Position numbers and translations under genes: made by a program
The notes under the pieces: generated by a model
What the model was told of the DNA's origin: nothing
Seen by the model: only the letters and a program-made list of their open reading frames with translations
Databases searched by the model: none
Shown here: in pieces, positions 60,279 through 64,000 of the stretch
Layout of the letters: every line of letters begins with the position of its first letter
Position numbering within the stretch: the stretch's first letter is position 1
Assembly (NCBI GenBank): GCA_047602405.1
Contig: JASGHJ010000002.1
Span: 512,001-576,000 of the forward strand
DNA length: 64,000 nucleotides
Reading direction: 5' to 3'
Source: Anaeromyxobacteraceae bacterium
GTDB lineage: Bacteria; Myxococcota; Myxococcia; Myxococcales; Anaeromyxobacteraceae

Positions 60279-60890
60279 TCAGCGCACGATGAAGCAGCCG
60301 ACGATGCGGTCGCGGCCGATGAGCTCGATCGTGCGGCGGGCCTCGGAGAGGCGGGTCTTGCCGAGGTGGAAGGTGAGGACGACGGCGTCCGCGAACTGGG
60401 CGACGGCGAGGCCGAGCGGCTCGTTCACGACGGGCGGGATGGAGATGACGAGGCGGGCCGAGGGCGCGAGCGCAAGCGCCTGGTTGCCGGACGTCGCGCC
60501 GGCGTCGCCCGGGCGCCCGCCGACCTCCACGATGCCCGCGTCGCCGTTCGGGCCCCCCGGGTTTCGCTCCGCACCCTGGCGGGCCCGGTCGACGTACTGC
60601 TGCAGGTCGGAGAGGGCGCGCGCGGAGTCGTAGCCGAGGCGGGTCACCGAGATGGCGGTGACGGGCTCCTCGATGAGCTCCTTGCCGACGTCCGCGAGCT
60701 TCTTCGCGACGTCCGCGGCGGGGACCTCGGCGTCCGCGGGCACGACGACGAGCGACGTCCACCTGCGCTTGGCGAGCGCGAGCCAGAGCTCCTGGTACTC
60801 GGGGGCATGTCCCGGCTCGCCGGCCGGTGAGTTCGCAGAGGCCGCCGCGCCGTCATGCTGCGTCGCGTGGTCGTCGGGTTTGGTGCTCAA
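60279..60890 (-). CDS. Short BY-kinase-like (pseudokinase) protein, paralog 2
   Basis: WTSLVVVPAD; IPPVV..P....AQFADAVVL....GKT...ARRTIELIGR..IVG resembles the Wzc C-terminal fold; no Walker A. TTG start inferred. Confidence 0.7.
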   Translation of the reverse strand: MSTKPDDHATQHDGAAASANSPAGEPGHAPEYQELWLALAKRRWTSLVVVPADAEVPAADVAKKLADVGKELIEEPVTAISVTRLGYDSARALSDLQQYVDRARQGAERNPGGPNGDAGIVEVGGRPGDAGATSGNQALALAPSARLVISIPPVVNEPLGLAVAQFADAVVLTFHLGKTRLSEARRTIELIGRDRIVGCFIVR

Positions 60891-61288
60891 GGGACCTCGG
60901 AGAAGCGGTGGTATCCCCGCATGAAAAGCCTGAATTCCGCCGAGGGTCAAGCCGTGTGGACGAGGGGACGGCGCGGGCCTCCCGGGAGCGCCAGGACGTG
61001 GTGTCCGGCGGGGTCGCGGCCGGCGCTGCGTGGTCCCCCCCACCGGCCGACCGCTCGCGAGGTGCGCGCCGGGTGGGCCCGGGGGCGCCGCTCCGCGCGC
61101 TCCCGCGCGTCGTGTGCGCGTGGGGCAGCGAGGACGTCGCGCGCCGCTCTTTTTGGGTGGGGAGGAAGCGGGAGCGAGCGCGCGCGGAGGCGTACGGGAT
61201 GGTGCGCTCGCCTGGCGCGGCGCTCGGGCGTGTCCGCTCAGGGCCGAAACTCCCCGGGAAACGCTGCAGGCCGGAAAACCCGGCAAGA

Positions 61289-61304
61289 TGTGATCTGACT
61301 CACA
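61289..61304. promoter_or_regulatory. CRP/FNR-family binding box TGTGA-N6-TCACA
   Basis: TGTGA tctgac TCACA, a perfect CRP consensus about 110 nt upstream of the priming transferase. Confidence 0.7.
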
Positions 61305-61413
61305 GTGACGCCGACATGCCACGTTCCGGTGGGGTGTCCTGACACCACGGGACGGTATGTGCGCAACAAATCTATAGAATCCCGTCGTCACCCTGGTTCC
61401 ACGGAGTCGAACG

Positions 61414-62811
61414 ATGCACCGCCGCTTCACAGGCGTCGCGAGCGACGCCCTCCTCCAGATCGCCGACCTCGGCGCCCTCGTCCTCGCCCTGCCCGTCGCG
61501 TACCAGCTTCACGGTGCGTTGAGGAGCGAGCCGCTGCCGCCCCTCGACACCTACTGGCGCAGCCTGGTCATCGCGCTGCTCGTGTTCTTCACGAGCGCGT
61601 GGGCGCACCGGCTCTACGAGGAGCGGCCCCGCGCCGGCGCGCGCTCGATCCTCCGGCTCACCCAGTCCCTCGCGGTCGTGGCGCTCGTGCTCGGCGGCCT
61701 CGTCTTCCTGTTCGACCGGGCCGAGTCCAGCCGGCCGTTCGTCGTCTACTACTTCGCGACCGGCTGGCTCCTCCTCGTCGTCGCCCGCCTCGCGCTCCGC
61801 ACCGCGAGCCAGGTCGCGCGCCGCCGCGGCTACCACGCGCGCCGCTTCGCCGTCATCGGCGCGGACACCGGCGCCCGCGAGATCGCCGACGCGATCGCCT
61901 CGCACCCGGAGTGGGGCTACCACTTCGTCGGCTTCGTGCTGCCCGAGGACGGCGTCCGCTCCCGCGGCCCCATCCTCGGCAAGCTCGCCCGCCTCGAGGC
62001 CATCCTCCAGGAGCACGTGATCGACGAGGTGGTGTTCGCGGTGAGCCGCGAGCGGATGGACGACATCGAGCACGCGGTCCAGGTCTGCGAGGAGCTCGGC
62101 GTCGACTACCGGATCTCCCTCGACCTCCTCCGCTTCGGCCAGGCCCAGCTCCGCGTCGGCGAGCTGAACGGCATCCCGACCCTGACCTACGGCCGCGCGC
62201 CGTCCGACCAGCTCGCGCTCGGCCTCAAGCGCGCGATGGACGTCGTCGTCGCGACCACCGTCCTGTTCCTCCTGTCGCCGGTGCTCCTCGCGGTCGGCCT
62301 CGCCATCAAGCTCGACTCGCCGGGCCCGATCTTCTTCCGCCAGAAGCGGGTCGGCCTCAACGGCCGCCCCTTCACGATGTTCAAGTTCCGCTCGATGTAC
62401 ATCGACGCGGAGCAGCGGCTCGAGGCGCTCAAGGCGCACAACGAGATGGACGGCCCGGTCTTCAAGATGCGGAACGACCCCCGCATCACGAAGCTCGGGC
62501 GCTTCGTGCGCAAGACCTCGCTCGACGAGTTCCCGCAGTTCATCAACGTGCTGCTCGGCGAGATGAGCGTCGTCGGCCCCCGCCCGCCGATCCCGGCGGA
62601 GGTCCGCCAGTACAAGCCCTGGCAGCGCCGCCGCCTGTCGATGAAGCCCGGCATCACCTGCATCTGGCAGGTGTCCGGCCGCAACGACATCGACTTCGAT
62701 CACTGGATGGAGCTCGACCTCGAGTACATCGACCACTGGTCGCTCTGGCGCGACGTCGAGATCTGCCTGAAGACCATCCCGGCCGTGCTCCTCGCCCGCG
62801 GGGCGAGCTAG
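61414..62811 (+). CDS. Priming polyprenyl glycosylphosphotransferase (WcaJ/WbaP-like)
   Basis: N-terminal TMs; KRAMD, FKFRSM, DPRITKLGRFVRKTSLDEFPQF.NV..GEMSVVGPRP, KPGIT..WQV.GR. Confidence 0.95.
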   Translation: MHRRFTGVASDALLQIADLGALVLALPVAYQLHGALRSEPLPPLDTYWRSLVIALLVFFTSAWAHRLYEERPRAGARSILRLTQSLAVVALVLGGLVFLFDRAESSRPFVVYYFATGWLLLVVARLALRTASQVARRRGYHARRFAVIGADTGAREIADAIASHPEWGYHFVGFVLPEDGVRSRGPILGKLARLEAILQEHVIDEVVFAVSRERMDDIEHAVQVCEELGVDYRISLDLLRFGQAQLRVGELNGIPTLTYGRAPSDQLALGLKRAMDVVVATTVLFLLSPVLLAVGLAIKLDSPGPIFFRQKRVGLNGRPFTMFKFRSMYIDAEQRLEALKAHNEMDGPVFKMRNDPRITKLGRFVRKTSLDEFPQFINVLLGEMSVVGPRPPIPAEVRQYKPWQRRRLSMKPGITCIWQVSGRNDIDFDHWMELDLEYIDHWSLWRDVEICLKTIPAVLLARGAS

Positions 62812-62852
62812 CAGGGGCCCGGCGGGCCGCTCCCCCGGCTCCAGGCTGTCCC

Positions 62853-62884
62853 GAGGCCCCCTCTCCAGGGGGCCTCACCATTTT
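62853..62884 (+). terminator. Intrinsic terminator after the priming transferase
   Basis: GAGGCCCCCT-ctcc-AGGGGGCCTC followed by ACCATTTT. Confidence 0.6.
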
Positions 62885-62923
62885 CAGGGCCGGTGCGCAG
62901 CTTGCCGGCCGGAGGCCCCGGCC

Positions 62924-63139
62924 ATGACCCTCACGCTCGTGTTCCTCGCCATCGCCGCGCTCGCCGCGGCGGCCGCCTTCGCGCTGCCGCCCGCGCACCC
63001 GCGCCCCGCCGCACGCGCCCCCGCCGGGCGCCGCGCGCTGGGCGCGAAGCTCCGCGACCGGGGCCCCCCGCACCTCTCGGTGCCACGCCCACACCTGCAC
63101 GCCCCGCGCAGGTTGTCCGAGCTGCTCGCGTTCCGGTGA
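62924..63139 (+). CDS. Small hypothetical protein with hydrophobic N-terminus
   Basis: GGAGG upstream; signal/TM-like N-terminus; no recognisable family. Confidence 0.4.
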   Translation: MTLTLVFLAIAALAAAAAFALPPAHPRPAARAPAGRRALGAKLRDRGPPHLSVPRPHLHAPRRLSELLAFR

Positions 63140-63197
63140 GACCGGGCGCCCAGCCCGGGCCTGTCGTGGGACGGCGCGCCTCGCCTACACTGCGGGC

Positions 63198-64000
63198 GTG
63201 CGCTCCCGGCCCCGGACGCTGACGCTCCCCGCCCGGGATGGCGTTCCCCTGGAGGGCGACCTCTTCCTCCCGGAGGGCGCGCCCGCGGGCGCGGTGCTCG
63301 TCGCGGGCGCGATGGGCGTGGCGCGTCGCTACTACCGCCCGTTCGCGGCGCACCTCGCCGGGCGCGGCCTCGCGGCGCTCACGCTCGACCTGCGGGGCAT
63401 GGGCGGCTCCCGCCGCGGCTCGCTGCGCGGCCTCGACGTCACGCTGCACGGCTGGGGCGAGCTCGACCTCGGCGGCGGACTCGACGCGCTCGCGCGCGAG
63501 GTGCCCGGCGCGCCGCTCCTGTGGGTCGGCCACAGCGCCGGCGGCCAGCTCCTCGGCCTCCTCGACCCCAGCCCGGTGTGCGCGGCGCTGCTCGTCGGCG
63601 CGCAGAACGGCCACTGGCGCCACTGGCGCGGGTGGCGGCGCCTCGCGATGGCGGGCCTCTGGTGGGTGGGGGTGCCGGCGGCCGTCGCCGCGTTCGGACA
63701 CCTGCCGATGCGCCTCGCCGGGCAGGGCGAGGACGTGCCGGCGGGCGTCGCCCGCGAATGGGCGGCCTGGGGCCGGCGGCGCGAGTACATCGGCGCGTAC
63801 GCCGGGGCGCGCGGCGGGCTCGGCTTCGCGCGCTGGAGCGGGGCGCTCCGCTCGATCGCGGTGGCCGACGACCGCTACGCGCCGCCGGCGTCGGTCCACG
63901 CGCTCGCGGCGGCGTACCGCGCCGCGCGGGTCGAGGTCGTCGACGTGACGCCGGCCTCGATCGGCGTCCGCCGCGTCGGCCACTTCGGCTTCTTCCGCCC
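63198..64000 (+). CDS. Alpha/beta hydrolase; runs off the window end (not in the ORF track)
   Basis: Manual translation from GTG 63198: GAMGVARRYY, DLRGMGGS, WGELD, VGHSAGGQ nucleophile elbow, DDRYAP, VGHFGFF. Confidence 0.85.
   Translation, partial: MRSRPRTLTLPARDGVPLEGDLFLPEGAPAGAVLVAGAMGVARRYYRPFAAHLAGRGLAALTLDLRGMGGSRRGSLRGLDVTLHGWGELDLGGGLDALAREVPGAPLLWVGHSAGGQLLGLLDPSPVCAALLVGAQNGHWRHWRGWRRLAMAGLWWVGVPAAVAAFGHLPMRLAGQGEDVPAGVAREWAAWGRRREYIGAYAGARGGLGFARWSGALRSIAVADDRYAPPASVHALAAAYRAARVEVVDVTPASIGVRRVGHFGFFR

Noticed and set aside
1..64000. rRNA, tRNA (including selC), IS/transposase or prophage genes
   Set aside because: None recognised by eye; a tRNAscan/Infernal run would be needed to exclude small RNAs.

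Overview
Very GC-rich bacterial DNA whose gene content resembles Anaeromyxobacter/Myxococcota (inference). About 1-14.3 kb is an anaerobic Mo/W-enzyme region: the 3' end of a YdhV-type aldehyde:ferredoxin oxidoreductase, YdhW, a CxxCH heme-motif sensor kinase with a sigma54 response regulator, and an fdnGHI-fdhE-moeA operon whose fdnG has an in-frame Sec TGA and a SECIS. About 14.8-29.7 kb holds a SulP/DauA-STAS-CBS fusion, an ECF42 sigma factor with a DGPF protein, a c-di-GMP-type cluster (MshEN-like-REC-TPR, patatin, GGDEF, PilZ), class I fumarase, hemerythrin, an M24 peptidase and a USP. About 29.8-62.8 kb is a Wzx/Wzy polysaccharide locus with a short OPX plus a separate beta-barrel, two co-polymerases each paired with a BY-pseudokinase-like protein, a GH9 hydrolase and unusual sugar-nucleotide enzymes. 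Main observations: (1) all 8 apparent frameshifts, and many rare-codon substitutions, map to damaged GATC sites, suggesting a GATC DNA modification that shows up as sequencing error; (2) a ~700-bp non-coding nested palindrome with compensatory base changes at 6.8-7.5 kb; (3) an uncharacterised protein with a tandem Cys-containing domain in the polysaccharide locus; (4) a perfect CRP-type box in the divergent promoter at the right end of that locus. No rRNA, tRNA, CRISPR array or transposase was recognised. Family assignments come from remembered motifs, not database searches.
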